Shown here piece after piece: positions 16,808 through 27,141 of a DNA stretch of 64,000 bases (positions are counted from its first letter, which is position 1; every line of letters starts with the position of its first letter). The DNA is from a virus. The stretch covers positions 64,001-128,000 of the IMG/VR virus record IMGVR_UViG_3300031669_000002. One strand, 5' to 3'. The notes below the pieces were generated by a model. The model searched no databases and was not told where the DNA came from. It was given only the letters and a program-made list of their open reading frames with translations. Made by a program: the position numbers and the translations under genes.

Positions 16808-19419
16808 TGTCAACGATTAGTCAGATAGATACTCTTAACCGTCAGATAACTGCATCGATGCAAATACAACAGCAATCAACTGTTGTACTTAACAGCTTAC
16901 CTCTAGGGTCATCTGAAAGAGACGCACAGCAAATCATAGTAGATAAAAATACAGCTGACTTACAGTCTTTGTTAGATTTTAGAAAAAGTTTAACAGGCGT
17001 TGGTTATCAAGTAAAACCAAGTGAGGCAAATGCAGGCCAGCCTAGTATTCCTACAAATAACCAATCTATTGGCATACAGAAAATAGTTCCTATTGGAGAA
17101 TCAGCATATCCTAATGTATTACATGACTATGCATCGTATTCTTATAATATAAGTTTGCACACTATATCGATTGAAAAGTATAATAGCTTTTCTGCTCATC
17201 CGAAGACAGGGTACACGCCAGATGCAAACAGTGTTTTAATTGCATCTGCCGGAAGATGGGATAATACAGATAGACGAAACAATCACTTTAAAGATGCTGA
17301 CTTTTTCTTCGATAAAATGACGTTTGAAACCGTTATAGGTAGCACAGAGTATGCACAGAATTCAAATGTTTTAGCAATTGATTTTACTATAATTGAACCA
17401 TACGGAATGACATTAGCAAATAGATTACTTGATCTAGCCTCAGATTACAGTAAAGTCAAAGACAACAAAAGTATTCAAGACAATGTTTTTCAATTGCCGT
17501 ATCTACTTCAGATTGATTTTTTCGGAGTAGGAAACGACGGAATATCAAAGCAAATAGAGAATGTCTCAAAATATATTCCTATTCAAATCATTAGCGCAAA
17601 ATTTAAGGTTTCACTTAGCGGTTCACAGTGGGATTTTACGGCAGTTCCATATAATCACCAGGCATTCACTGATACAGTTGGTTCTACGCCAATGAAGTGT
17701 CAAGTATATGCAAATAGTATTAAAGACTTCTTTGCTGCGGTACCGACAGGCACAGCTTCAGTGGCAGCTTTTAGTCAAAACGCAGTAAATGCAGCATCTA
17801 CTATATTTAACCAAAAAGAAGTTGACCAGAGTGCTGCCCGCATCAAACTACACAAAGATCTTGCTTCGCATTATAGAACTGCACCAGAAGATCAAGTACA
17901 GGAAAAGGTTGCAATAAATCAAATAAGCACGTTAGTTAAACAAAGTAGTTACCCTACCGCAGTTAATCTCTGGCATCAAGTAAACCAAAAAATTGGTGCA
18001 TGTAAAATTGCCGATGAGTTTGCATTTACAATTGACCCGCTAATAATTAATGCACAGTTTCAGCCCAAAGAGTTGGTGTCAATTACTAGTCTGGCAATGT
18101 TGAAGGGCAACACAGATCAAGCAAACCTATTTGCTCAGTCGGGACAAGTAACTAATATGGATGATAGCAATCACCCGGTTGTTGTAACAACTATTAATCA
18201 AGGAACATCAATACTCAATGTGATTAATACTGCTATGCTTAATACTGACTACGTTCATAGTCAGATAATTGATCCAACACACGATACCAATATCACAGTA
18301 GAAAAAATGAAATCGTTTTTAGAAAAACCTCTTAACTGGTATCACATTGTTCCAAGTGTTAAGATTTTGGGATATGATACTATTAACAATCGATATGCTA
18401 AAAAAATTACATATAATATACAGCACAAGATATTATACCAAGATAAAGATAAGAATAGCTATCAGGGTCAACCTGCGGTGATTGCTAAAGATTATGAATA
18501 TATCTTTACCGGAAAAAATAACGATATACTTAACTTTGATTTAGATTTTAACTCGCAATTTTTTATAGTCAATGTCGCAAACCCATCTAATGCAGATGTT
18601 AATTCAGCCGCCCCTGCATCTGCTGCGACGCCGTCGCAGCAGTTGCTAAATCAGGATGCTAATAAGGTATTAACATCTGCACAAGTAGCATCTATTTTAA
18701 ATGATGTTCGCGCAAACGGCAGATCAGAACTAAAGCCTAAGGTTCACCTAGTAGCTGCTATCCCCACAACCTCAGCAACTCGAGGAGGAAAAGCAGAAAT
18801 GGTTAAACAGCTAGAAAGAAATATTTTATCTACTGTAGCAGGAGATCTTCTTAGTGTAACTCTAAAAATTATAGGAGATCCAGATTTTATTAAGCAGGAT
18901 GATATATTTTTTACTTTACAAGATATGAAATCTCAAACTAGAGTAGATGTAAACGGAACAAAATTTACAGACAACAGAAAAACACCAAACGGAAGTATAG
19001 CAACCGATCTCGAAGATTTATTTGTTAGACTAACATTTAAAACTGCGTCTGACTATGATATAAACGGGTTGGCAATACCAAAAGATTCTACTACGAACAA
19101 GTATGCATCTAGCATGTTTTCTGGACTATATAAGATAACAAAAGTTAATAACTATTTTACAAATGGAAGATTTGAACAAGAGTTACACTTATATCATTAT
19201 AATTTACAACCTACACCTGGAGTAAGTACGGGTGCAGATCAAACACAATCATCAAATAGAGAATCTTCAGTAAAGAAAATATCAAACGGTGCAATAATTG
19301 GAGCACCGGCATCTAAGTTGCCAGCAACAGATACTATTAATTCTAATTTTTCAATTACTGGAAGAGGCGGAGTAGTAGCTATCCCAGCATCAACTACTAC
19401 TAATATAACTAAACTTTAA
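16807..19419 (+). CDS. Baseplate hub protein (gp27-like)
   Basis: NVLHDYASYSY, IIEPYG, LKIIGDP and SGLYKITKV.N.F.NG.FEQ.L motifs; lies between gp53-like and gp5-like genes. Confidence 0.55.
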   Translation: MSTISQIDTLNRQITASMQIQQQSTVVLNSLPLGSSERDAQQIIVDKNTADLQSLLDFRKSLTGVGYQVKPSEANAGQPSIPTNNQSIGIQKIVPIGESAYPNVLHDYASYSYNISLHTISIEKYNSFSAHPKTGYTPDANSVLIASAGRWDNTDRRNNHFKDADFFFDKMTFETVIGSTEYAQNSNVLAIDFTIIEPYGMTLANRLLDLASDYSKVKDNKSIQDNVFQLPYLLQIDFFGVGNDGISKQIENVSKYIPIQIISAKFKVSLSGSQWDFTAVPYNHQAFTDTVGSTPMKCQVYANSIKDFFAAVPTGTASVAAFSQNAVNAASTIFNQKEVDQSAARIKLHKDLASHYRTAPEDQVQEKVAINQISTLVKQSSYPTAVNLWHQVNQKIGACKIADEFAFTIDPLIINAQFQPKELVSITSLAMLKGNTDQANLFAQSGQVTNMDDSNHPVVVTTINQGTSILNVINTAMLNTDYVHSQIIDPTHDTNITVEKMKSFLEKPLNWYHIVPSVKILGYDTINNRYAKKITYNIQHKILYQDKDKNSYQGQPAVIAKDYEYIFTGKNNDILNFDLDFNSQFFIVNVANPSNADVNSAAPASAATPSQQLLNQDANKVLTSAQVASILNDVRANGRSELKPKVHLVAAIPTTSATRGGKAEMVKQLERNILSTVAGDLLSVTLKIIGDPDFIKQDDIFFTLQDMKSQTRVDVNGTKFTDNRKTPNGSIATDLEDLFVRLTFKTASDYDINGLAIPKDSTTNKYASSMFSGLYKITKVNNYFTNGRFEQELHLYHYNLQPTPGVSTGADQTQSSNRESSVKKISNGAIIGAPASKLPATDTINSNFSITGRGGVVAIPASTTTNITKL

Positions 19420-19429
19420 AGGCGATAGA

Positions 19430-21553
19430 ATGTCAATAGATAAGCGAGCAGGAACAAAGATACCATCCTTTGCTGACAAAGATAGAGTTGCAGGATATAA
19501 GAGAGACGTCGGTCCCTATATTGGTATAGTCAAAAGTAACGCAGACTCTACTAGAGCAGGTAGACTACAAGTTTTTATTCCAAATTTTGGCGGAGTAGAG
19601 ACTGATTCGTCACATTGGATTACTGTTGGATACGCCAACCCATATATGGGAGCAGCAAGATCACCATCAGTGACGACTATCAGATCACCAGACAATAGTT
19701 ACGAGACAGTTAATCATTCATATGGAATGTGGTTCACACCGCCTGATATCGGCAATCAAGTACTGGTTATCTTTATTGACGGGGACACAAATCACGGATA
19801 CTGGTTTGCGTGTATCATGCCAGACCTAAGTCACTGGGCGATACCAGGACAAGCAGGAGCTGATAATTTAGAAACACCATTAGATTCTAGTTTAGCACAG
19901 GCACTTACAAACCCGCCATATCCGTCTGTAGAGTTTAACGAAACAAACGAAACACTTCAACAAAAATGGGCAAACTTCCTGCAGATCAATAAAGTTATTC
20001 ACGAGGACCAAGTCAAGGTATTGCTTAATCAAGGACTCGAGGACGATAAAATTCGAGGTGTTGTAACAAGTAGTTCTCAAAGAGAAAGTCCAAGCAAAGT
20101 ATTTGGAATTAGCACGCCCGGAGAAGATGGCCCAAAAACAGATCAAACAACCGGGCAAGTAACTACTCGAAAAGGCGGCCACACGTTTGTTATGGATGAC
20201 GGTAACCACGCAGTTGCTGGTGCAGATTCTCTTATCAGATTACGCACAGCAGGTGGACATCAAATCTTAATGAACGACCAGCAAGATGTGATTTATATTG
20301 GAACATCAAGTGGCTCTAATTGGATGGAATTTGATAAAGAAGGAAAAATGTATGTATATTCTAAATCAGATATATCTCTAAGAACAGAGGGTAGCTTCAA
20401 TCTTCACGCAGACAAAGATATTAATATGAATGCAGGTGGAAATATTAGTATGTGGGCAAAGAATACTATCAAAGAGCAAGCATCAACGATTAATATCAAA
20501 GCAACGGCAGATTTAGGGATGTATGGACAAAAAGTGGGTCTTGGATCAGGTAGTACATTAAATATGTCAGCAGCAACCGACGGCGGATTCTTAGCAGGCG
20601 GTAACTTAACCTTCTTCGGAAATATGCTTTATCTAAATACTAGTAAGCCGCCAACTGTTGCTGCACCAGCAAATATTCCGGTCGTGTCGCACCCAGATGC
20701 AACAACTAAATCATTTGGCCCATACGCGAAATGGGGAGCAACAGGAAAAGTATCTACTACAATACCAACACCTATTCCGACGCACGAACCATTTACTCCT
20801 TCTGGAAGGCCACGAGGAACGTCGACCGGAGCAATATCAAAAACACCAAGATCATCGCGACCTATTGCACCAACTCCTGTACCAATAGTTTCCCCGACAA
20901 CAGGCGTTCCTGGCGGGCAACCTGGACCCATTAATGCAGTAACAGCAGGACTAGATTCAGCACGAGTTCTAAAGCCATCAAATCCTGGACTAAAAACACA
21001 ACCTCCAGAAACTTCGGGGCTAGGTACACTGTCAGCGGCACAATTGACTGCACTTAAGGCACAGATTGCGAAATCAGAGTCTAACTTTAACTATCAAGCC
21101 GTAAATAGCATCTATTATATGGGTAAGTACCAATTTGGATACGAGGCGCTGATTACATTTGGATATGCTAAACCAAATACCACATCCAACTACCAACTTG
21201 CATCAGACGGAAACGGCGTGTATTGGACCGGAAAAGACGGTATAACTAGCGCAGCACTTTGGCTAACCTCACCCGACATACAAGAAAGCGCAATGAATGA
21301 TCTATTACAGCAAAATTATACCTACCTATCATCTCACAGGGACTTAAACGGCAACCCCGTAATAGATGCTAGTTCATCGCCAGCTGATGTAGCCGGCAAA
21401 TTAGCAATCTGTCACCTTCTAGGTGGACACGCCTGCGTTAAATGGACAGACGGTCAGAATTCGGGAGAAGATGCGTACGGTACAACAGGAACAACGTATT
21501 ATAATTTAGGTGTTTATGCAATCGACGTAATTGCACCGACCTTAACAGCATAA
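19430..21553 (+). CDS. Baseplate central spike (gp5/VgrG-like) with a C-terminal lysozyme-like domain
   Basis: OB-fold DSTRAGRLQVFIP and WFTPPDIGNQVLV; beta-helix region GGHTFVMDD/GHQILMND; Pro/Thr linker; C-terminal ESNFNYQAVN..YMGKYQFG. Confidence 0.75.
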   Translation: MSIDKRAGTKIPSFADKDRVAGYKRDVGPYIGIVKSNADSTRAGRLQVFIPNFGGVETDSSHWITVGYANPYMGAARSPSVTTIRSPDNSYETVNHSYGMWFTPPDIGNQVLVIFIDGDTNHGYWFACIMPDLSHWAIPGQAGADNLETPLDSSLAQALTNPPYPSVEFNETNETLQQKWANFLQINKVIHEDQVKVLLNQGLEDDKIRGVVTSSSQRESPSKVFGISTPGEDGPKTDQTTGQVTTRKGGHTFVMDDGNHAVAGADSLIRLRTAGGHQILMNDQQDVIYIGTSSGSNWMEFDKEGKMYVYSKSDISLRTEGSFNLHADKDINMNAGGNISMWAKNTIKEQASTINIKATADLGMYGQKVGLGSGSTLNMSAATDGGFLAGGNLTFFGNMLYLNTSKPPTVAAPANIPVVSHPDATTKSFGPYAKWGATGKVSTTIPTPIPTHEPFTPSGRPRGTSTGAISKTPRSSRPIAPTPVPIVSPTTGVPGGQPGPINAVTAGLDSARVLKPSNPGLKTQPPETSGLGTLSAAQLTALKAQIAKSESNFNYQAVNSIYYMGKYQFGYEALITFGYAKPNTTSNYQLASDGNGVYWTGKDGITSAALWLTSPDIQESAMNDLLQQNYTYLSSHRDLNGNPVIDASSSPADVAGKLAICHLLGGHACVKWTDGQNSGEDAYGTTGTTYYNLGVYAIDVIAPTLTA

Positions 21554-21561
21554 ATATAGAT

Positions 21562-21789
21562 ATGACTACATACACCTTTCAATCAACATATGATGATAAA
21601 GTTAAAATGTCAGATATTTGGGAAATAACTTCTTTAACTGGGCAAGTTGTTCAAACCAATGATCTGAAACAATTCTGTAATTTAAATCAGTTATCTCTTA
21701 AAATGATGTATAGAATTTCTAATACAGTTAGAATTCATAGAGGTTTTACCTGCGAGAATTTAACTAAAAAACGAAGAGAAAAAGAGTGA
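21562..21789 (+). CDS. Small protein, possibly a HEG C-terminal DNA-binding remnant
   Basis: WEITSLTG..DLKQFC..L..M...HRGFTC resembles HEG tails; sits between a TAAATA promoter and gp25. Confidence 0.35.
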   Translation: MTTYTFQSTYDDKVKMSDIWEITSLTGQVVQTNDLKQFCNLNQLSLKMMYRISNTVRIHRGFTCENLTKKRREKE

Positions 21790-22148
21790 GTACATACTAC
21801 GGTTTTTCAACAATAGGGAAGAAGAAGAAATTTGCAGTCAATGACTTTGACTTGGTAAAGACAGACCTATACAACTATTTGAATACTCGTAAAGGCGAAC
21901 GAGTAATGAACCCAGATTTTGGAACAATCATCTGGGGACTATTATTTGAACCACTGACACCAGAAGTAAAAAATGCAATGATGGAAGACATTACCTCAAT
22001 TGTTTCCTATGACCCTAGAATCGTAACCAACCAAATTACGCTCTCAGAATACGAACACGGCATACAGATTATGATAGAACTAACCTACGTAGAAACAAAT
22101 CAAACCGATACACTTAAACTCACCTTCGACAAAAACGCTTCCAAATAG
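21786..22148 (+). CDS. gp25: Baseplate wedge subunit (gp25-like)
   Basis: TRKGERVMNPDFGTIIWGLLFEP and YDPRI motifs; GTG start. Confidence 0.88.
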   Translation: MSTYYGFSTIGKKKKFAVNDFDLVKTDLYNYLNTRKGERVMNPDFGTIIWGLLFEPLTPEVKNAMMEDITSIVSYDPRIVTNQITLSEYEHGIQIMIELTYVETNQTDTLKLTFDKNASK

Positions 22149-22204
22149 CATTAAATTAACTGTTAATTTCTAACATAAATACATAATATCAAGGATTACA
22201 TATT

Positions 22205-25200
22205 ATGCCAACAACCGGTCGTCAGAATTCTCTATTAGTTAACCAAGATTGGACGAGAATATACACAACGTTTAAAAATGCAGATTTCACGTCGTACGAT
22301 TTCGAAACATTACGAAAGACAATGATTGATTACTTGCGTCTTTACTATCCAGAAGACTTTAACGACTACGTAGAATCAAGTGAATTTATTGCGCTAATCG
22401 ATCTTATTGCCTTTATGGGGCAGAGCCTGGCTTTCCGCACAGACATAAATGCCAGAGAAAACTTCTTAGATACAGCTGAACGCAGGGATAGCATTCTAAA
22501 GTTAGCTCGCCTTATTAGCTATAATCCAAAACGAAACATTCAGTCATCTGGGCTTCTTAAATTTACGTCCGTTTCAACTACAGAGACGTTGACAGACTCA
22601 AACGGTCTTAACTTGGCAAATACTCCAATTTCCTGGAATGATGTTACTAATTACAACTGGCAAGAGCAATTCAACGTCGTACTTAATGCAGCATTTATTG
22701 ACAGTCAAGTTGTAGGGAAACCGGGCAACACTCAAACAATTAACGGTATTGAGAATAGCGAATATTCGATTAATACTACTGCAAGTCAGATTCCTGCCTT
22801 CCCATTCTCAGCTACAGTACAAAATTCTACAATGAATTTTGAGGCAGTTAGTGCGACAAGTACAAATCAACCTTATATCTATGAAGTTGCTCCGGCGCCT
22901 GTTAGTAGATTTAATGTTTTATATCGAAACGATAATCAAGGTAATGGAAGTATCAACACTGGATTCTTTTTATATTTCAAGCAAGGATCATTGCAAAGCT
23001 CGGATTTTAGTATAACAGATGCAATCCCAAATAGAGTACTAAGCGTAGGATACAATAACATTAATAACTCAGACGTGTGGTTGTATGATCTAAATACAAG
23101 TCTCATTGAGCACAATCTTTGGACATCGGTGCCGGCAGTGGCAGGTATCAATGTCATCTATAACCAGCAATCAGATAGAAATCTATATCAAGTTACTACG
23201 ACTGCGGGCGACCAAATCAATTTGGTATTTGGAGACGGATCATTTGCAAACGTGCCGCAAGGAAACTATAGATTATATTTTAGAACTAGTAATGGTCAGA
23301 CATATAAGATCACGCCCGATGAAATTCAGAATACATCAATTGCTATAAATTATGTTTCACGTGCAGGAAATGTTGAGACATTAACAATTCGCGCATCGTT
23401 GAACTATACAGTAACAAATGCTACAGTCGCCGAGTCAATAGATGACATTCGTCAAAAAGCTCCGCAGCAATATTACACACAGAATAGAATGATTACGGGT
23501 GAAGATTATAATATCTTCCCTTATACTTCATTTTCGGACATTTTAAAAGTTAAAGCATTAAACAGAACAAGTAGCGGAGTTAGTAGATACATTGACGTTA
23601 GTGATACAAGCGGAAAGTATTCTAGTACAAATATATTTGCCCAAGATGGATATCTTTACAGTAACAATACCCAATCTACCTTAAACATTACATTTAAGAG
23701 CACTTCTAATATTCAACAATTAGTGCAAGATGATCTAACTACAATCCTAAATTCAAAAGAAATGGAACACTTTTACTTTGACAGTGTTCAGCGCATCGGA
23801 ATGATAGAATCATCCCCATATAACCTAACAAATGTAGCCTGGCATTTAAGTTCACTGATGACAAATAGTGCTACGGGATATTTTACGTCATCTAACGGCA
23901 ATCAAATTATACAGGTTGGGTCGGCTCCTGGCGGCCCTGGCGGCAACACAAAATACATTGATAATGGCGCATTGCTTAAATTTTCTGCAGCGATAGATCC
24001 TACTACAGCATATTTTAATGCACAAAACCAAATAGTTCAAGGAACACCTTCTAATCCGGGCGATCAACAATTCTTGTATGCAACTGTAATGCAAGTTATT
24101 GGATATGGTACGAACGGAGGAGTAGGAAATTTTGCTGACGGCACAGGTCCTGTAATATTAAGTCAGAATATTCCATCTGCAGCACAGCTATACGAAGTCA
24201 TCCCAGTATTCAATAATAGTCTAACGTCTCAGAATATGTCAGACATAACAAATAAGATCCTAGTTAACAATAGTTTTGGTTTACGTTATGATCCACTTGT
24301 ACTAACTTGGTCAATCGTGCTTGATGCAAACACTGATTATACATCATCGTTTTCGTATGCACACGCAGGAGATAACTCTAGTGGGCACTTAGACGCTAGT
24401 TGGCTAGTACGATTCCAATATAACATAGATGGAAGTTATACTATAATATGGAGAAGTCTATTTTATGTTTTTGGTAGCCAGCTAGAAACTACTTTCTACT
24501 TTGATCCAAAGGTTAAGGTATTTGATAGCTCGACTGGTTTGACCATAAGAGACGTTATTAAAGTCTTAAAAGTTAATCCTCAGCCAGTGCCAAATTCTCG
24601 TTATTCACTTGGTCTTGATTATTCGTGGAACGTATATTCTAACATTGTGGGAATTGACGGATTCCAAGATCAGCATAACGTATTGGTTACTTTCACCGAC
24701 ACGAATGCCGACGGTGTGCCAGACAACCCAGACATCTTTCGCGAACTAGTAAACCAAACGTATGTTCCGTCAACTAATGGCACATACCCCTATATATTTC
24801 TGCAACAAGATACAACATACGGCGGATTTATTTCGTATCTTCCAATAACGGCAAGCTCTATAGTAACTATCTATGGACTTAAGGTAGACATCATACCTAA
24901 CTTACAGCTTTATAACAATGGGCAGGTTTTCTTTGCAACAGATCCAAGAGATCTTGGATTTTATCAATTGGCAATAACAAACGGAAAGTATAACTTGATT
25001 CAAGTGTATAACTATTTGGTACAGTACGGTAGACAGGATTTATATTTTCAATACCGCCACAACAGCCCAAATTATCGTCGTATAGATCCAAGCCCAAATA
25101 ACATCATTGATCTTTATTTGCTTACCAATGCATACGCGCTTGATTATACAAAATGGATTCAGGACTCAACGAATACTGTGGTTGAGCCAACTCCTCCAAC

Positions 25201-25693
25201 TACAGATGAGCTGAGCTTGAGCTACGGCACCTTAAATAATTCAAAAGCAATCAGTGACACTATTATTTTTAATAGTGCAGTCTTCAAGCCATTGTTTGGA
25301 AATAAGGCAAATCCTGCATTACAGGCAACCTTTAAGGTAGTTAAGAACGCGGCATTAAATATCAGTGATAACGATATCAAAACGAGCGTTATTTCTGCAA
25401 TAAACACATATTTTGCAATCAATAACTGGGATTTTGGAGAGGCATTTTATTTCAGTGAGTTGAGCGCATACTTGCATACAGCACTTTCTCCAAACGTATC
25501 GTCGATAATAATCGTGCCAACGAATCCTAATGCAATGTTTGGTAGCCTGTATCAAGTAAATGCAGAAGCCAATGAGATTATGGCTAGTGCAGCAACAGTA
25601 AATAATGTAGAGATTATTTCTGCTATTACTGCTTCTCAAATCAATGCTAACTTGGCAAGCGCCAACAGCATTGTTCTTGGAACAGTGATTTAA
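22205..25693 (+). CDS. Baseplate wedge subunit (gp6-like)
   Basis: DFTSYDFETL, LIDLIAFMG, ARENFLDTAERRDSILKLARLISYNP, FGDG and QNRMITGEDY motifs. Confidence 0.85.
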   Translation: MPTTGRQNSLLVNQDWTRIYTTFKNADFTSYDFETLRKTMIDYLRLYYPEDFNDYVESSEFIALIDLIAFMGQSLAFRTDINARENFLDTAERRDSILKLARLISYNPKRNIQSSGLLKFTSVSTTETLTDSNGLNLANTPISWNDVTNYNWQEQFNVVLNAAFIDSQVVGKPGNTQTINGIENSEYSINTTASQIPAFPFSATVQNSTMNFEAVSATSTNQPYIYEVAPAPVSRFNVLYRNDNQGNGSINTGFFLYFKQGSLQSSDFSITDAIPNRVLSVGYNNINNSDVWLYDLNTSLIEHNLWTSVPAVAGINVIYNQQSDRNLYQVTTTAGDQINLVFGDGSFANVPQGNYRLYFRTSNGQTYKITPDEIQNTSIAINYVSRAGNVETLTIRASLNYTVTNATVAESIDDIRQKAPQQYYTQNRMITGEDYNIFPYTSFSDILKVKALNRTSSGVSRYIDVSDTSGKYSSTNIFAQDGYLYSNNTQSTLNITFKSTSNIQQLVQDDLTTILNSKEMEHFYFDSVQRIGMIESSPYNLTNVAWHLSSLMTNSATGYFTSSNGNQIIQVGSAPGGPGGNTKYIDNGALLKFSAAIDPTTAYFNAQNQIVQGTPSNPGDQQFLYATVMQVIGYGTNGGVGNFADGTGPVILSQNIPSAAQLYEVIPVFNNSLTSQNMSDITNKILVNNSFGLRYDPLVLTWSIVLDANTDYTSSFSYAHAGDNSSGHLDASWLVRFQYNIDGSYTIIWRSLFYVFGSQLETTFYFDPKVKVFDSSTGLTIRDVIKVLKVNPQPVPNSRYSLGLDYSWNVYSNIVGIDGFQDQHNVLVTFTDTNADGVPDNPDIFRELVNQTYVPSTNGTYPYIFLQQDTTYGGFISYLPITASSIVTIYGLKVDIIPNLQLYNNGQVFFATDPRDLGFYQLAITNGKYNLIQVYNYLVQYGRQDLYFQYRHNSPNYRRIDPSPNNIIDLYLLTNAYALDYTKWIQDSTNTVVEPTPPTTDELSLSYGTLNNSKAISDTIIFNSAVFKPLFGNKANPALQATFKVVKNAALNISDNDIKTSVISAINTYFAINNWDFGEAFYFSELSAYLHTALSPNVSSIIIVPTNPNAMFGSLYQVNAEANEIMASAATVNNVEIISAITASQINANLASANSIVLGTVI

Positions 25694-25897
25694 TTAAGAT
25701 TTAATCTTGAGCGGCCCGGTAGGAAAAGTGTTAGGTTCACGTTCAGCGCGGTCAACCCACTTGCGCCTCGGTGTAGACTTCGCTACTTTATGACCTGACT
25801 CAAATCCTTCAGCAAAATAGCTCTTGAGAATATGATAAAGCGGATATGACTCGGTCATATTTGGGTATGTTTTTTTGAATGCATCGTCTACTGTCAT
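25694..25897 (-). CDS. Hypothetical protein (67 aa), probable start 25897
   Basis: ATG 1 nt after the stop of 25899-26255; the longer track ORF overlaps that gene out of frame. Confidence 0.4.
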   Translation of the reverse strand: MTVDDAFKKTYPNMTESYPLYHILKSYFAEGFESGHKVAKSTPRRKWVDRAEREPNTFPTGPLKIKS

Positions 25898-25898
25898 A

Positions 25899-26255
25899 TT
25901 ATGCAACTTTCTTAAAATAGCCGTAGGGCAGACCGTAATTGTGGCAGAAGAAGTCGGGATCACCAAACACATACTGATCATTTTCAGCTTCGAAAATCCA
26001 ACGGATTGCGGTCTCACGATCTTTAGCGCCAGTCGCAATAATATCAGCCAGCTTGGCCTCGAACCGAGCAATGGCTTCCTTCTCGAATTCTTCACGCTGA
26101 CGCTCGCCCTCGTTCATCGTGGCGACCAGCGAATCCCAGTGACGCTGTTTCTCGTCAGGAGTAAGCGAATCCCAGTAAGCGAAACCAGCTTCTCCGGGGC
26201 GACAGCCATATGCATCTTTATGAAGATCGCTGTAGATTTCGTCATCGTAAGCCAT
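25899..26255 (-). CDS. Early hypothetical phage protein
   Basis: SDLHKDAYGCRP motif; AAGGAG SD; consensus-like sigma70 promoter upstream. Confidence 0.75.
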   Translation of the reverse strand: MAYDDEIYSDLHKDAYGCRPGEAGFAYWDSLTPDEKQRHWDSLVATMNEGERQREEFEKEAIARFEAKLADIIATGAKDRETAIRWIFEAENDQYVFGDPDFFCHNYGLPYGYFKKVA

Positions 26256-26286
26256 TTGTATTGCTCCTTAACTAACTTATAGAGCT

Positions 26287-26314
26287 ATTATACGCTTTTT
26301 AACCGAAAAGTCAA
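26287..26314 (-). promoter_or_regulatory. Sigma70-type early promoter
   Basis: TTGACT-16-TATAAT. Confidence 0.7.
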
Positions 26315-26385
26315 GCGAAATTTCATTAAATTACTAGTTTATTTCTCGCATAAATACTTAATAACAAAGACATTTTAGGCAAACA

Positions 26386-27141
26386 ATGACCACAAAGACG
26401 ACAACAATAGATTTTTTACCTACTTATCTTTATATTAAACGACACCCTGTTACTGGATTATTGTATTTAGGCAAGACATCTGGATCAGAACAATACTTGC
26501 TTAAAGAATATTTGGGATCAGGCAATTATTGGGAAGATCATTTAAGAATACACGGTGAAGAAAATATAGAAACTCCGTGGTATTGTTTATATACAGAAAA
26601 AGAAGAATTGGTTAGGTTCGCATTGATGTTGTCTGAACAGATGAATATTGTAAAGGTTAAAGATGAAAATGGTAAAAAGATATGGGCAAACCTAAGACCT
26701 GAAAATGGATTAGATGGAGGAGTTAAAGGTGTTAAATGTGGACCACAGTCAGAATCACATAAGATTAACAATGCAGCAGCTAGAAAAGGGAATAAATATG
26801 GCCCACAAAAACTCCCAAGGAAAGCAGAACATAGCGCCAATATTAGTAGTTCTAACTTAGGCAAGAGTAGAAATAAAGGAGTAAAACAATCACTAGATCA
26901 CGCCAGCAAAACAGCAGCCAAAAAAGGAAATACTTATGGAAAAGCAAATAAAGGACAAATTCCTTGGAATAAAGGAATAAAGATCCAATATAAGCCACAA
27001 TCTGCAGAAGTAATAGAAAATCGAACCGGCAAAAAGCGAGGCAAATATAAAGAACTAATTTGTCCACAATGTGCTAAGGTGGGTCACGGCGGCGCAATGA
27101 AACAACATCACTTTGATAATTGTAAAAAGAAAACATTATGA
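26386..27141 (+). CDS. GIY-YIG homing endonuclease
   Basis: PTYLYIKRH..TGLLYLGKT, YLGSG.YW, WANLRPENG.DGG and terminal CPQC...HFDNC; TAAATA at 26351-26356; overlaps the start of the giant gene. Confidence 0.87.
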   Translation: MTTKTTTIDFLPTYLYIKRHPVTGLLYLGKTSGSEQYLLKEYLGSGNYWEDHLRIHGEENIETPWYCLYTEKEELVRFALMLSEQMNIVKVKDENGKKIWANLRPENGLDGGVKGVKCGPQSESHKINNAAARKGNKYGPQKLPRKAEHSANISSSNLGKSRNKGVKQSLDHASKTAAKKGNTYGKANKGQIPWNKGIKIQYKPQSAEVIENRTGKKRGKYKELICPQCAKVGHGGAMKQHHFDNCKKKTL

